DNA of 64,000 nucleotides, from NCBI RefSeq assembly GCF_009914755.1, contig NC_060928.1. One strand, written 5' to 3'. The stretch comes from the human T2T-CHM13v2.0 reference genome, Homo sapiens. The translations under genes were made by a program, and so were the position numbers. Each line of letters opens with the position of its first letter. Position 1 is the stretch's first letter. This document shows positions 29,269 through 43,178 of this stretch, piece after piece. The notes beneath the pieces are model-generated. The model was not told the origin of the DNA, did no database searches, and was given only the letters and a program-made list of their open reading frames with translations.

Positions 29269-29605
29269 TACATAGCTGCCATGCATACTTAAATGTTAAA
29301 TTTAAATTAAATTTAGAAAAAGCAAAACCTGCATTATGTTTATTTTCTTCAGGCCTTGTATAGACTTTTCTGTTGCATAACGTGATTTTTATCCAGGTTC
29401 AGAATGAAGCCTGCCCCATGGGGAAGGGTTTGCATCAGCTTTTTTTGTTATTTACGTGGCATAGTTGTTCTCAGTTAGTGTTCAGTATTGTTAACAACAA
29501 TAATAATTAGGTGAGCTTGTAGTGAAATGAACAACCATCAGTAGCAGGCATGTTTAAGGGGATGCACGAGACATATGAATAAACAGATTTAGAATCACTG
29601 AAAAT

Positions 29606-29740
29606 TGGCTGGGTGGTGGCTTATGCCTGTAATTCCAGCCCCTTTGGAGGTTGAGGTGGGAGAAACATTTGAGGCCAGGAGTTCAAGATCAGCCTAGGCA
29701 ACATGGCGAGAACTCTTCTCTATAAAAAACAAAACAACAG
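29606..29740 (+). mobile_element. FLAM/Alu left monomer
   Basis: ggctgggtggtggcttatgcctgtaattccagc...aggagttcaagatcagcctaggcaacatgg plus A-rich tail. Confidence 0.88.
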
Positions 29741-30024
29741 AAAAAATGTTCATACTGCCGATATATAAAATATTTTATATTGTTAGTATATACTACCTAC
29801 TGTATTTAAATTGTATGCTACTCTGCTATTTTTTTGCATCAGATTATATTTTCTTTGCATGATTGGCATTTTACCAACTATATTTTGAGGAGAAATATGA
29901 CAATATTCCTGGCTATCATAAATTCTCTTTATTACTAAATAGGATTTCCAAGCATTTAGTATGTCAGTATTAACCATTAAAATGGGATAAGTCCCAAGCA
30001 TACCTATAGGACACTCACTATCCT

Positions 30025-30250
30025 GGTGGTTCTCTTCTGGACATGCTCGAATTTCTCAAATTTTTTCTTAAAGCGTGGCACCTGAAGCAACCATAATATT
30101 CTAGATACACTCTGACAAATGCAAAAATTGGTGTCAAACCTCTTTTTTTTTTGATATCCTGAATATGATAAAGCTATTAATCCTGCTTGAGGCTCTGTGA
30201 ACTTACTTAATAATCATATCTTGCTACTGCTATATGGGATTTGAGGTGAT
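30025..30250 (-). mobile_element. CR1/L3 LINE remnant
   Basis: ttcttaaagcgtggcacctgaagcaaccataatattctagatacactctgac...ctattaatcctgcttgagg resembles reverse L3 RT-region sequence. Confidence 0.55.
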
Positions 30251-30941
30251 TTTCTAGGAGTTTTAGTGCAATCTCCAGGGAATTTAGTAATCAACCTCAC
30301 TGCTGAATGCATCGATCAGAGTTACCATGGCTGTAACCACGGGAACCCACCAGCAGAGCTCCAGTGTCAGAAGGTCAGTTAAGAACAACTCAAAATTCTC
30401 TCCAGGGAATTTTCTAGGACATGCACTGCTTAGTTGCAGTAACATTAATAGAAATATCAGAAAACCACGCCATTACACACAATTCTGCTAAAGAAAAGCT
30501 CTGGACTCAGAGATGCTGCTGTAATAAGTTAGATAGCACGTAGGCAGTCTAGCAATTTGTAATTTGTCATCATGTAGAACTTTTAAATCCGTTTTCTAAA
30601 TATGTTGATACTAGCAAATCATGCACTATTTCATTTCCAGGACATAATATCTTTGATTATAAAAAGAGAGGCATCAAATATAAATCAGAAGATTGTTATT
30701 GTTGTTGTTGTTTTAATGTGACTTATTCAGTTATAAATAAACTTAAACTTATCTGATGGAGAGGAGCTAAAATGACTGCAGACACTTACAGCACTGGAAT
30801 GGGTTCTTTATGAAACAGTAGTGATCTAGAGTTACCCTCACTGCTCCCTAGTGCCTACACACACACGCACACACATGCTTTACCAGATCCCATGCACTGG
30901 GGCAGCTAGAATATTCTAGCACTTTTCAAGATGAATTAGAC

Positions 30942-31152
30942 CAGATGTTCTCAACTAAGGGCTATTTTGTTCTCCAGGGAATATTGGCAATGCCTAAAGG
31001 CATTACTGGTTGATCAAAACTGGGAGGATACTTGCCTCCAGCAGGTAGAGACCTGGGCTACTGCTAAACATTCTACAACGTACAGGAAAGTCTTCCACAA
31101 TAAAAAATTCTCTGGTCCAAAATATCAACAGTGTTGAGGTTGAGAAACTCTT
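30942..31152. mobile_element. MER20 (hAT-Charlie)
   Basis: gttctcaact...ttggcaatgcct...ctgctaaacattctacaacgtacagga...ccaaaatatcaacagtgttgaggttgagaaac. Confidence 0.88.
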
Positions 31153-31429
31153 CAGGAGACCCCCCAGTCTCCAGGCTGAGCCCTACGTTGTGCTGGCTGA
31201 CACTGGAGTAACTTCAGAGGGCACCGGCTGACTGTGGCGCCTTTACATGAGATCTGGGTTGTAAGCCAGGCTCTGTTGTTTTAGTAGCGATGGATTCCTT
31301 GAATGAATACCTCATTAACAAGGCATATTTTTGTCCAGATTATTCTCTTCTTTGGGTGGTTTACTGTTACTTCATTGTGTTATTTCTGCCTCGCAATTCC
31401 TGCCAAGATTCTGCAATTCAGCCTAAAAC

Positions 31430-32090
31430 TTTCATCTGACTGGTACAATAACTCCGTTTTCTTCTCTCTGCCTCCTGTACCCCCTCACATACCACTACCC
31501 TAGAGCTTCACATTTATACCTGTGAAAATAATCTGTACAAAGAACAAGCCTCGTCATGTCACTCACTTGTTGGTAAACTTTGAATGGCCACCTGTTGTCA
31601 CTGTGATAAAAAGCTAGCCATGTCCTCTAGCATAACAGAGCAAACCCTGTGTAACCTGACCCTGCTTGCTTCCCCAGACTAATCTCTTGTTCCTTTGGTC
31701 CCACATTTTTCACTCTATCAATTTCCTGGAGTTCTCAGCACCAGCCATGGTGTCTCTCTTCTCAGTGTCTTATTTCAGCCTGCATCTGTGTTTACAGGAT
31801 TACCCTCACCCTCCTCAACTCTCTAACTCCTGCTTGCTTCATTTACCACTTCCTCGAGGAAACCTTCTGTCACCTTTCCAGGTGGGTTACTCCTGTCATA
31901 TTCCCTGTATATTTCTCTTTGCACTTCCCAGGTGGTTTGGAAAGCAGTCATTTGTGTTTGTCTCTGGATTCCATTAAGTTGTGAGCAAAGCCTTCTTCAT
32001 TTTTGTGTTCCCTAACTGCCTACGTGAGGGCCCAGAAGATAGTTGTCTATTAATTTACATACAGTTTGGAATAAATGAATAAATAAATGA
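31430..32090 (+). mobile_element. L2 LINE 3' portion
   Basis: catgtcactcacttgttggtaaactttgaatggc; terminal gaataaatgaataaataaatga. Confidence 0.7.
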
Positions 32091-32409
32091 GCACCTGCAT
32101 GAGTCATTTCACTGTTGCTAGTATATTAAATTGATTTAAATGGAATAATGTGTGCTAATTTATTTGCAGAGTAATTTTAGTTATTTATAGATATAATTCT
32201 ATATAATAATCAATTCAAAGAAGATCAGTAAGTTTTTTTTCTCTTTTCTAATCTGTTTGTTTAGAGGTTCAGATTACTAAGGATTCAAAGATGTATAAAT
32301 GCTGAAAGATATAATCTATTTCTAAGTTCAGATATCCTGAGAATTTCAAGTCTACCTCCCTGGTCTAAGACATAGCTGAGTCTCAAGGAAATAAACAATA
32401 ATATTGAGA

Positions 32410-32620
32410 ATATCAGCTAATACTGAGCAACTACCATAAATCAGGTACTAGGCTAAGTATATGTAATTTTCTAATTTAACCTATGAAGTGGGACTGTAAT
32501 TGTTTCCCATATACATGAGGAAACTGAGGCACAGAGACACTAAACAACTACCCTGAGTTGCCCCAGTAGTATGGGAGGAAGCAGGCATAGGTTCCAGAGC
32601 TTCAGCTTTTGACCAGTATT
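32410..32620 (-). mobile_element. MIR
   Basis: cccatatacatgaggaaactgaggcacagagacactaaacaact. Confidence 0.78.
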
Positions 32621-33375
32621 TTCTGGTGCACCTACATACTGGCAAATTATTGCCTAAAATTCTAATTTTAAACCCAAAGATAATTTCTAGCTAATTATTC
32701 CTTAGCAATGATAAGATGAGTCATTGTGCATAAAGCACATAGTAAGTGCACAATGAAGGTATTTATTAGAATTATTATTAAGCTTTGAGATAACATAATT
32801 GTTCTGTATTAGTTTTCCACTGTAAATGAAGGAAGGTCAGCTTCCCCTCTCTACCTTCAAGCCTTTGAATAAGGATGAAATATGAGTGAGCATTTTGAAA
32901 AGTGTTGTGCAATCAACAGATATAGACTATCTTCCTCGAGCAATCGTGTTAATATGGTGCATGATCACATCTAAAATGAAAAATGTTGTATTTATCATTG
33001 GTCTAAATGAGAATCAGAAATGGATTATTTTAAGGCTGGGAAAGCATGTGTGCATAGGCCAGAGAAAGTGCTTGTTTATGACATTCAATTGTTTATACAG
33101 AAGATACGGTGGGTAGAATGTGGCCATTCTAAAGGGCAGACCTGGTAGATAGATCTACTTTCCAAGATGTGTGGCCTATACTCAGATTGCTAGGGTGGCG
33201 ATGACGGAGGGTCCACTTTGAAAAAAAGGAAAATTTGAAAACTTCATTGTTTTCCCCCATTGTCCACTGGAAAGGCATTTAATTACCTTATGGAGAAAAT
33301 CATCTTTAGTTTTAGTCACCACAACACTTCTTTTCCTGAATTAAGTAAACTCTTCTTTTAAAATTTCAGATACCT

Positions 33376-33470
33376 GGCCTGCCACAGTGGTTCATGTCTG
33401 TAGTCTCAGCACTTTGGGAGGCCAAGATGAGAGGGTTGCTTGAAGCCAGGAATTCAAACTAGCCTGGGCA
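33376..33470 (+). mobile_element. FLAM/Alu left-arm fragment
   Basis: ggcc...cagcactttgggaggccaag...ccaggaattcaaactagcctgggca. Confidence 0.85.
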
Positions 33471-33750
33471 TTTCCACAATAATTTTTTAAAATAAAATAT
33501 AAAAACTTCAGATACTTTTCCTAAATTGAAGATGCAGAAAAAAGTTATAAACATTATGTAATGGGCTGTCGTACCACATTATAAAGAACCCACACTTTAG
33601 AACCTCATATTTACCTTAAGCAATTGCTTGCCACGGTCACTGCAGGGAGAAGTAAGAAAATGGCCAGATAATCCATTTGGAGGCAGGATTTTGCAGGCTG
33701 ACTTAAGAGGACATATACATTTAAGAGTACTTCGCAGTTAACTATGCATC

Positions 33751-34312
33751 TGCAAACCAAAAATGTATCTGAGACAGGTCTCAATTAATGTAGAAGTTTA
33801 TTTTGCCAACATTAAATACACGCACCAGGGAGACAGGTCTGCGCTTTTCTCCAAAGATGATTTTGGGGCTTCAAAATTTAAAGGTTAAAGGGCAGATATT
33901 GGGGAAAGAGGAATAATTTTTCAAAAGGTGTGGGTAGATGGGAGACAAATGGTTGCAATCTTTTGAGTCTTTCATCAGCCTTTCACCAATACACCATTTA
34001 CATATGAGAGAGGGGTAGAGGAATAGTCACTTATGCCTTTGTGTAGCTCGGGAATCTGCATTTTTACGTAAAATAATGTAAGCAGTAGGGCAAAGCATGC
34101 AATCAGACATGCATTTGTCTCAGCTGAGCCAAGGGATGACTTTGAGTTCTGTCCTTTGTCCTGCACCTGTGAAAATAAGCCGTCAATTTATCTTGCCAGG
34201 GTGAAATTCAACAGAATAAAATGGGAGGCAGGTTTTCCTGATGCAGTTCCCAGCTTGACTTTTCCCTTTGGCTTAATGATTTTGGGGTCCCAAGATTTAT
34301 TTTCCTTTCACA
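33751..34312 (-). mobile_element. MER4A-group ERV1 solo LTR
   Basis: aaaccaaaaatgtatctgagacaggtctcaat...cccaagatttattttcctttcaca. Confidence 0.82.
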
Positions 34313-35092
34313 GAGCCATCAAGACTTGTTGAAAATAGATAAGCAGTCACACTTGTAGGGCCAGCACCACAGATCCTTAGCAGAACTCTACTGAAGTTCT
34401 ATAAGAGGGTTTCTGCCAGAGAGCTCCCCTGGAATTGCAGTTCCTAATCTTCTTTTAGCAATAGAGCCATTACTCTCTCTTTAATGGCAATTGTTGTTGA
34501 CCCTAATGACTATCTAAATGACAACAAAGTGGTTCAGTAAAGCCAACCTCTTTTTACCTAGAGAAAGAGACTTTGTGGAATTGATTGAGCAGAGCGCTTT
34601 GCAGCTCCATTAGGCAGTGGTCTCCTTAACAGCTGCAGGCTTAACTTCCTAGGGTCGGTACCAGGCTCTGAGTGAGACACCAACTGTAAAGATCACATCA
34701 CTGCTGCCCTAGATTAGTAGCAAGACTTGCATTATTTCCTTTTTTCACTTTGATTTTCAGTGGCATTTCAGAATATCAGAGGCATCATGATATTCTGATG
34801 CCTCTTTTGAATACTTGAATATAAAACTTAATATATATTGACTCAGTTGAAGAAAGACCACTTGGTTTCATGATTAGAATTTTTGTGAAACATTAATGTG
34901 CTTACCTAAGGGTGAAGAAGAGTTTCTCTAATCATTGCCTTTTTTGTTTAACAAAACAAAATAAAATAGTATTGAAATACCTATGCAACAACAAGTAAAT
35001 TCACTTTTACTAAGCATGGTCTCAAAAATGACTTACAGTGAGAAACATCTTAGCATGTAGAACATGTTTGATTTTTTAAAAATCATGAATGT

Positions 35093-35391
35093 GGCCAGGC
35101 ACAGTGACTCACACTTGTTATCCCAGCACTTTGGGAGGCTGAGGTGGGAGGTTTGCTTGCTCCCAGGAGTTTTATTCCAGCCTAGGCAATATAGTGAGAC
35201 CCTCATCAATACAAAAAATACAAAAATTAGCTGGGCATTGTGACGCATCCCTGTGGTCCCAGCTACGGGAGAGGCTGAGGTGAGAGAATCTCTTGAGCCA
35301 GGGAGGTCAAGGTTGTAGTGAGCTGAGATCGCACCACCATACTGAGCAACAGAGTGAGACCCTGTATCAAAAAACAAAACAAAACAAAACA
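35093..35391 (+). mobile_element. AluJ with (CAAAA)n tail
   Basis: Full dimer; TSD aaaat(c/t)atgaatg. Confidence 0.92.
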
Positions 35392-35509
35392 AAAATTATG
35401 AATGCATTTTATAACTCATGTAATTATAAACTCAGGTCAACATAGTATTGATTTTAATTTGAAGCTAAAGTATGATAATTATTTTCTTTCCAAGGTTGAA
35501 TGTGAAAAG

Positions 35510-35730
35510 TTGAGGCCAGGCACACCTGAGTTTGAATGTCACCTGGCCTGTAACTAGCTTAAACAAATGACTTAAACTTTGTTAGCCTCGATTTTGTCAT
35601 CTATAAAATGGTGCTAATGTTATCTGCCTGCTGAGATGCAAGATTGAGTAAAATGATAAATAAAAGTGCTTAATTTAATGATTGGCAAAGGGTAGGGTCT
35701 AAAATGTCACAGATATTAAAATTATTAGAA
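35510..35730 (+). mobile_element. MIR
   Basis: cctgagtttgaatg...gcctcgattttgtcatctataaaatgg. Confidence 0.7.
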
Positions 35731-36503
35731 TATTCTCTTTTTTTCCAGCCCTGAATAGACACCTCATAATATGACACCCCTGAGGCTTATCGATGGCTTT
35801 AAAAACAGCTTGATATAAAAAAACTCTCTTACAATTTGTTCTTAACTTTCTAGCTGTTCACAGCTTCCCTTATCTCAGTCACAGCAAGGCTATCTCTTTC
35901 TCTGATGCCTTTTGCAGCTAGTAAACTCTGCCACCTCTCTCTCTTTCCTTTGCTGCTGTCTTTCAATTTAGCCACAGCAGAAGGACAAATCTGTTACATT
36001 TCTCGTTTTCTACCCTGAATATAGGATATCACCAAGTTTAGAGAGTACAATAAAAAGGGATCAGTCTCCTTGGGAGAAGGATTGCAATTGGAGAAATCTC
36101 AACACTTGACCATCTTTACCTGCTTGTGGTGTGTTTGTTTTAACATATCTTTCTATGAATGCTCACGCCAAGCATTCATTATTTTACAAACACATTTAAT
36201 AACATCCTCACTTAATCTTCTTCATTTGAAATATATACAAATCTCGATTTGTACTGGGTATCGTTAAATGTATTTTAGTACGAAAACTCTCAAACAGTCA
36301 CATGCATAGAGAATAATGAACGCTACGTAGACCCAATAGTCATTACCATGTTGTCATATGTGCTTGTTATGTGCTCCTTCCCCTACCTCTTTTTTTTTGT
36401 GAATGCATTTTACAGCAAGTCCTCGACATTTTGTCAGTTCACTCCTTCACATTCAGTGTAAATCTCTAAAACATATTTTTTGTGCATAACTACACTTAAC
36501 TAA

Positions 36504-36804
36504 TTTTTTTTTTGAGCCAAGGTCTCATTTTGTTGCCCAGGCTGGAGTGCAGTGGCCCAATCACACCTCACTGTAGCCTCGACCTCTGGGGCTCGACCTC
36601 TGGGGTTCAAGCAATCCTCCCACCTCAGCCTCCCAGGTAGCTGGGACCACAGATGTGTGCCACCATGTTCAGCACTTTTTTTTTTTGTAGAGACAGGGTC
36701 TCACTATGTTGCCCAGGCTGGTTTCAAACTCCAGGGTCAAGCAATCCTCCTGCTCCGGCCTCCCAAAGTGCTGAGACTACAGGCATGAGCCACTGCACCC
36801 AGCC
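36504..36804 (-). mobile_element. AluJ with an internal 14-bp tandem duplication
   Basis: Reverse dimer; ctcgacctctgggg repeated twice at 36578-36605. Confidence 0.9.
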
Positions 36805-36877
36805 ACACAACAAAATTTACAATATATCCTTCATAGTTTCTAATATACAGTTAACATACAATTTTCTCAATTGTCCT

Positions 36878-37431
36878 TGAAGGAGTGAATGGAAAACTTC
36901 TCTTTCATCATCTGAAGCTTTTTTTTTTTTGGAAAAATCAGTGGACAAAAGGCACAATAATAGGAGAAAAATCATACAAGTCTGTTAATGTGCATGCGAG
37001 TCTTACAATACCTAAGAAAGCAAAGGCACGGCCAGATGGTAGACACTGTTATACCATCTTGAGGTTACAGAAAGACTAGGGGCTTGGATCTTGGCAAAAC
37101 AGGTTATGGGAGAGAGAGAAGAGAAGGCCTGGTCTGCAAAGGCGGTCTTGTCATGTAGATAAAACCTCGCAGGTAGCACCCCTCAGAGAGAACAGATGGG
37201 ATTTTTTTTTTTTCCAGACCATAGAGATTCCAGATTCCTAGTTAATCTTTCCTGGATCAGAACAAGAGAGGATTTCTGAGAAAGCCTGGCTACATCAGAT
37301 TTTCCGTACAGATGTAAATCTCTCCTCTAAAAGGCAGATTTTCAGCTATTCTTATATTTCCAGTCCTTCTGAATAGCCATCTTGAAATATGTAAAAGTAT
37401 ATTTTGGGGTGAAATATTTTGGTTTCCTTTA
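36878..37431 (-). mobile_element. MER39/MER34-group ERV1 solo LTR
   Basis: End ctgaatagccatcttgaaatatgt...tatattttggggtgaaatattttggtttcctt. Confidence 0.75.
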
Positions 37432-38039
37432 TTCTGAAAACATCTTTTTACAGTTGGTCTGTTTTGCATCGTAATCCCAGTAAGGCCCAAACATTGCATT
37501 TGGTTTTGTGTTTCTTCATTAAATCCCTTTTTATCTGGAGAAGTCCTTCTCTCTCTCTTCTTTGTCTCATGCCATTGACTTGTTGAAGAAACCAGGTGAG
37601 TTATTCTGTAAATTTTCACAGGTGTTTAGTTTGCTTTTGTTTCCTGGCAGGGTTATTTAACTCATTTCTCACTCTGGTTATTTCTCATATACTGGAAAAC
37701 AGCTCTGTAGTCTAGGTTGAATTTAGGCTCACTTTTTTGTCAAGAATGCCTTCCGTTTTGAAAACTTAAGAGTGTCTGAAGCAGGGATGATATCTGTCAT
37801 CTCAGAATCAAATTTATGAATTCTAACCAGTAATAATTAAATGTGTTTATTTAATATGACACATCACATGTCCGTGTAGCAATATGATTTTTAGAATTAC
37901 AAGTAATGAAGGAAGTATATGTGTATACATATAAATATTTCTCCTTTCCATCTTTGGAGGAATGAATTAGCTCTTAATTTTATCCATGTCTATTATTTGA
38001 GGGAAAAGAAAAAGATCAAAAAGTTTCCTCTCTCATATG

Positions 38040-38175
38040 ATTTATTCATTCATTTATTCACTTATGGAACATCATGCATTGAGATTTTACTTTGGATCAA
38101 GAACTGTGCTAAGTGCCAAAGATAAAAAGACAAATGAGACTTGATCCTTAGCCGCAAGAAATTACAATCATGTGA
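38040..38175 (-). mobile_element. L2 3' end remnant
   Basis: ttattcattcatttattcac...cattgag...caagaactgtgctaagtgc. Confidence 0.6.
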
Positions 38176-38275
38176 TAATGAAGCTGATTGGTATAAAACT
38201 TGTTTCCCAGAGACCAAGAGCAGTAGGATTATATACCTACCTTTGTCCATAAAACAATGTTAAAAAAAGCACATG

Positions 38276-38321
38276 TTTTCAGGACATATGTTGTCAGGAC
38301 CTCCTGAGGCTATGTCATGGG
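38276..38321 (+). mobile_element. Short MER4-group LTR fragment, probable retrocopy
   Basis: catatgttgtcaggacctcctgaggctatgtcatggg matches the MER4/LTR8-type motif cacatgtcgtcaggacctcctgaggctgtgtcacggg. Confidence 0.6.
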
Positions 38322-38743
38322 AAAAAAATGTACATAGATATCATCTAAGAAAACATAAGACAGACATGTATGGTTCAAAATAATCTAAAGTACAAACTTT
38401 ATTTTATATTTGCATACCAATGACCTAAAACAGTTGACTCAACATAAGAATTTCACATCGATCATGGAAAGTAGCATCAAAAAGAAAGAAAATTTTGTTC
38501 TCAATGAATTTTTAATTGACTAGTTTAAAATAAGCCAAGTACATTGAAAAATATACAGCATTTTGTAACTTCCAATTGCTAACATAATCTAAAATATAAT
38601 ACAATGTATGTTAAATGTCATAACCTGTGTGAAATGCAAACTACATTGTATTGTAGTTTGCAGGAATATACCTTAACCATTTGCAATAAGAACAAACTTC
38701 CTAAAAGAGTTTGAAGTGTAGACTCTTTCAAGAATACATGCAA

Positions 38744-39000
38744 TTTTTTTTTTCCTTTCTGAGACAGGCTCTCGCTTTGTCACACGGGCTGGGCATACTG
38801 TCAGCTCACTGCAGCCTCGATTTGCAGGGCACAAGCAATTCTCCTACATTTGCCTTCTAAACAGCTGGGACTACAGGCCTGCGCTGCCATGCCCATCTAA
38901 TTTTTTTGTAGGGACAGGGTTTTGCCATGGGTTCAAGCGATCTGCCTGCCGTGGCCTCCCAGAGTGCTGAGATTATGGGCATGAGCCACTGCTCTTGGCC
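38744..39000 (-). mobile_element. AluJ with internal deletions
   Basis: TSD atacatgcaattt at 38734-38746 and 39001-39013. Confidence 0.88.
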
Positions 39001-39131
39001 ATACATGCAATTTCGAAAGGATAAATATTGTAGGATATTCAGGTGCTTATGTGTTTATCAGGAAGTAAGAGGTGTCTTAATTTTCCTGGACCATGGGGAT
39101 CATGTAGGAAAGTCCTGAATAATGATATTGG

Positions 39132-39213
39132 ATCAAGTTGGTGCAAAAGTAACTGCAGTTTTTGTCATTAAAAATGATGACAAGAACTGCAGTTACTTTT
39201 GCACCAACCTAAT
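39132..39213. mobile_element. MADE1 (Hsmar1 mariner MITE), miR-548-type hairpin
   Basis: Inverted arms 39137-39168 and 39177-39208 (gttggtgcaaaagtaactgcagtt(t/c)ttgtcat), 31/32 complementary. Confidence 0.93.
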
Positions 39214-39358
39214 AATTGTCATTTGAGGACCTTTTATGGAGGCCCATAAATGGTCTAGGAAAATAAACAGTATGGGACCATTAAAGATTGCCAAATACGA
39301 AGGTAATAAGTTTGTATCAACAATTTTGGTGTGGTTATCCAGAGGCAGTTCAAAATAA

Positions 39359-40808
<1,450 letters not shown>

Positions 40809-42854
40809 TTAAGGGAGAGACCAGGACCCTTACTAGCAGGTGATTACAGTGGATGGCATAACTGCTGATAGCCTCTTCCAGTTATTCAGTGCAGGATTTG
40901 CAGACTCATGCTTGTAGGGTTCCAGTGGCTCACAGGCAGCACCTGCTAATGTCTCATGATCTGCAGTTTCAGGATACCTGTTAGCACCAGTCCTCTGAAC
41001 AGCTGTGCCCTGAACCTATGATTTTTTGCATTTAGTGTCTATATCCATTGTCACTATATATAATCATCAGCTGACTTGCTGTATAATTCTACCATCAAGC
41101 AAGGAAGTATTAGCTGAAATATAGCCCATAGTCTACCCACCTAAACATTGACCTCAAGCACAGGGGCGTGGCCATCTTTTAGAATGGAGAGGTGTTGTGA
41201 ATTCATGCAGTTGCTATAGGGGCTAGCTGAGTCACTGCCTGTATTCCAAGGCTGCTCCTTGATCATTCATTCAGTACTGGTGTCTTCTTTAATGTTATGT
41301 GTTTGTTAACAGTATATTGACTAACATCTTGAGGGCTAAATATTAACAAACAAGTAAAAAACATGCCTGCTGCTTTGCTGCAATCCGTGGGATGCCAATT
41401 TTTACCCTATTTAAAGGATTTCAAACCTACAGAATGTTGTGCGAGCACAGAAATCATGAGAGTTGTGGAGAAGCTGCTTAGAAGGCAAATATGAGTCCAT
41501 TTTGAAATATGTTGATAAAAGCAACTGGTGGAAAATGCAGACACACCACTGGGAATGTATTCAACTCTCTGAGTAGAAGCTAAAACCCAAAGAAACATAA
41601 GTGTCATAGTATGGAGATTATAGTTGTAACTGTACATAAGACAATAAAAACATAACAGAAATGTATACAGTGAAGAATATGTATTGTGGAACATTTGGTT
41701 GTTTACTAATACATAGTTCAGGAAAAGTAGAAATACTAGAAATTGGCTAGAGAAAATACCAATCAAAATCATGATTTCCAGTCAGGCTATTCAGTGTTCA
41801 TCACTGTTTTCACACATCTTGATTTACCTTTCCTCTACTGTAATTGTAGTAACTAAAAGCTACAGGGCATTGAAGAAGAATAGAAAATCATAATAACAAG
41901 CTATTGCATTTCTGCACATTTTTAAATCAACACACTGAAAATCTTATTTAGCTGTGGACCCAAATATATTTTTTAATCCGACCTTTGGCTCAAACTCAAA
42001 TTGTTTGAAATAAACGTTTATCAGAAATGAAAGTTGTCTTCATGATACTCCTTCTTTTATCAATTTTTTTCTCTTGAGCTAAAATATACGAAACATAAAA
42101 CTTACCATCTTAATCATTTTAAAGTGTACGGTTCCTTGACATAGAATACATTCATAATGTTATGCATCCTTCCCTCCTATCCATCTCCACAACTCTTTTC
42201 ATCTTGTGAAGCTGAAACTCTGTAGTCATTAAACAATAACTCACCATTCCCCTCTCCCCTCATCCCCAGCAACTTCTCTTCTACTTTCTGTCTCTATAGA
42301 TTTTGACTACTTCAAGTATTTCATGTAAGTGGAATCATGTAAGATTTGTCTTTTAGTGACTGATTTATTTCATTTAACATAATGTCTTCAAGCTTCATCC
42401 ATGTCGTAGCATATGTAAAAAGTTCCTTCCTTTTTAAGGCTAAATAACATTTTCTTGTATGTTTATAATACATTTTGCTCATCCATTTATTAATCAATGG
42501 ACATTTGGGTTGCCTCTGCATTTCTGCTATTGTAAGCAGTGCTGCTATGAACGTGGGGGTACAAATTTCTATTCAACATCATGATATCAATTCTTTTGGC
42601 TGCGTGGTTGGATCATAAGGTAAATCTACTTTTAATTTTTTTGAGGAACCTCCATATTGTTTTCCATAGAGGCTATACCATTTTCCATTCCTACTAGCAG
42701 GGCACACGTGTTTCAATTTCTTCACGTCATTGGCAACAGTTGATATTTTCTGTTTCATTGTTAGTAGCCATCTTAATAGATATGAGGTCGTATCTCAATG
42801 TAGCTTTTGTTTGCATTTCCATGTGAATGTTTAGTATCTTTTCATGTGTGTGTG

Positions 42855-43178
42855 TTTTTGTTTTTTGTTTGTTTGTTTGTTTGTTTGTTTGTTTTTTTGA
42901 GAGGTAACCTTGCTCTATTGCCCAGGCTGGAGTGTATTGACACAATCTGGCTCACTGCAACCTCCACCTCCTGGTTCAAGTGATCCTCCCACCTCAGCCT
43001 CTCAAGTAGCTGAGACTAAAGGCATGCACCACACCCAGCTAATTTTTGTATTTTTTTTAGTAGAGACAGGGTTTCACCATGTTCTCCAGGCTAGTCTCAA
43101 ACTCCTGACCTTGGGTGATCCACCCACCTCAGCCTTCCAAAGTGCTGGGATTACAGGCATGAGCCACTGCACTTGGCC
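42855..43178 (-). mobile_element. Alu (S/J) with (TTTG)n tail, inside the L1
   Basis: TSD cttttcatgt at 42838-42847 and 43179-43188. Confidence 0.92.

Larger units (their letters stand above)
36280..37760 (-). mobile_element. Old L1M 3' UTR fragments interrupted by an Alu and an LTR
   Basis: cattttacagcaagtcctcgacatt; ccattgacttgttgaagaaaccaggtgagttattctgta. Confidence 0.5.

Noticed and set aside
38276-38321. snoRNA/snRNA pseudogene
   Set aside because: No box C/D, H/ACA or snRNA match recognised; the sequence fits an ERV1 LTR motif better.
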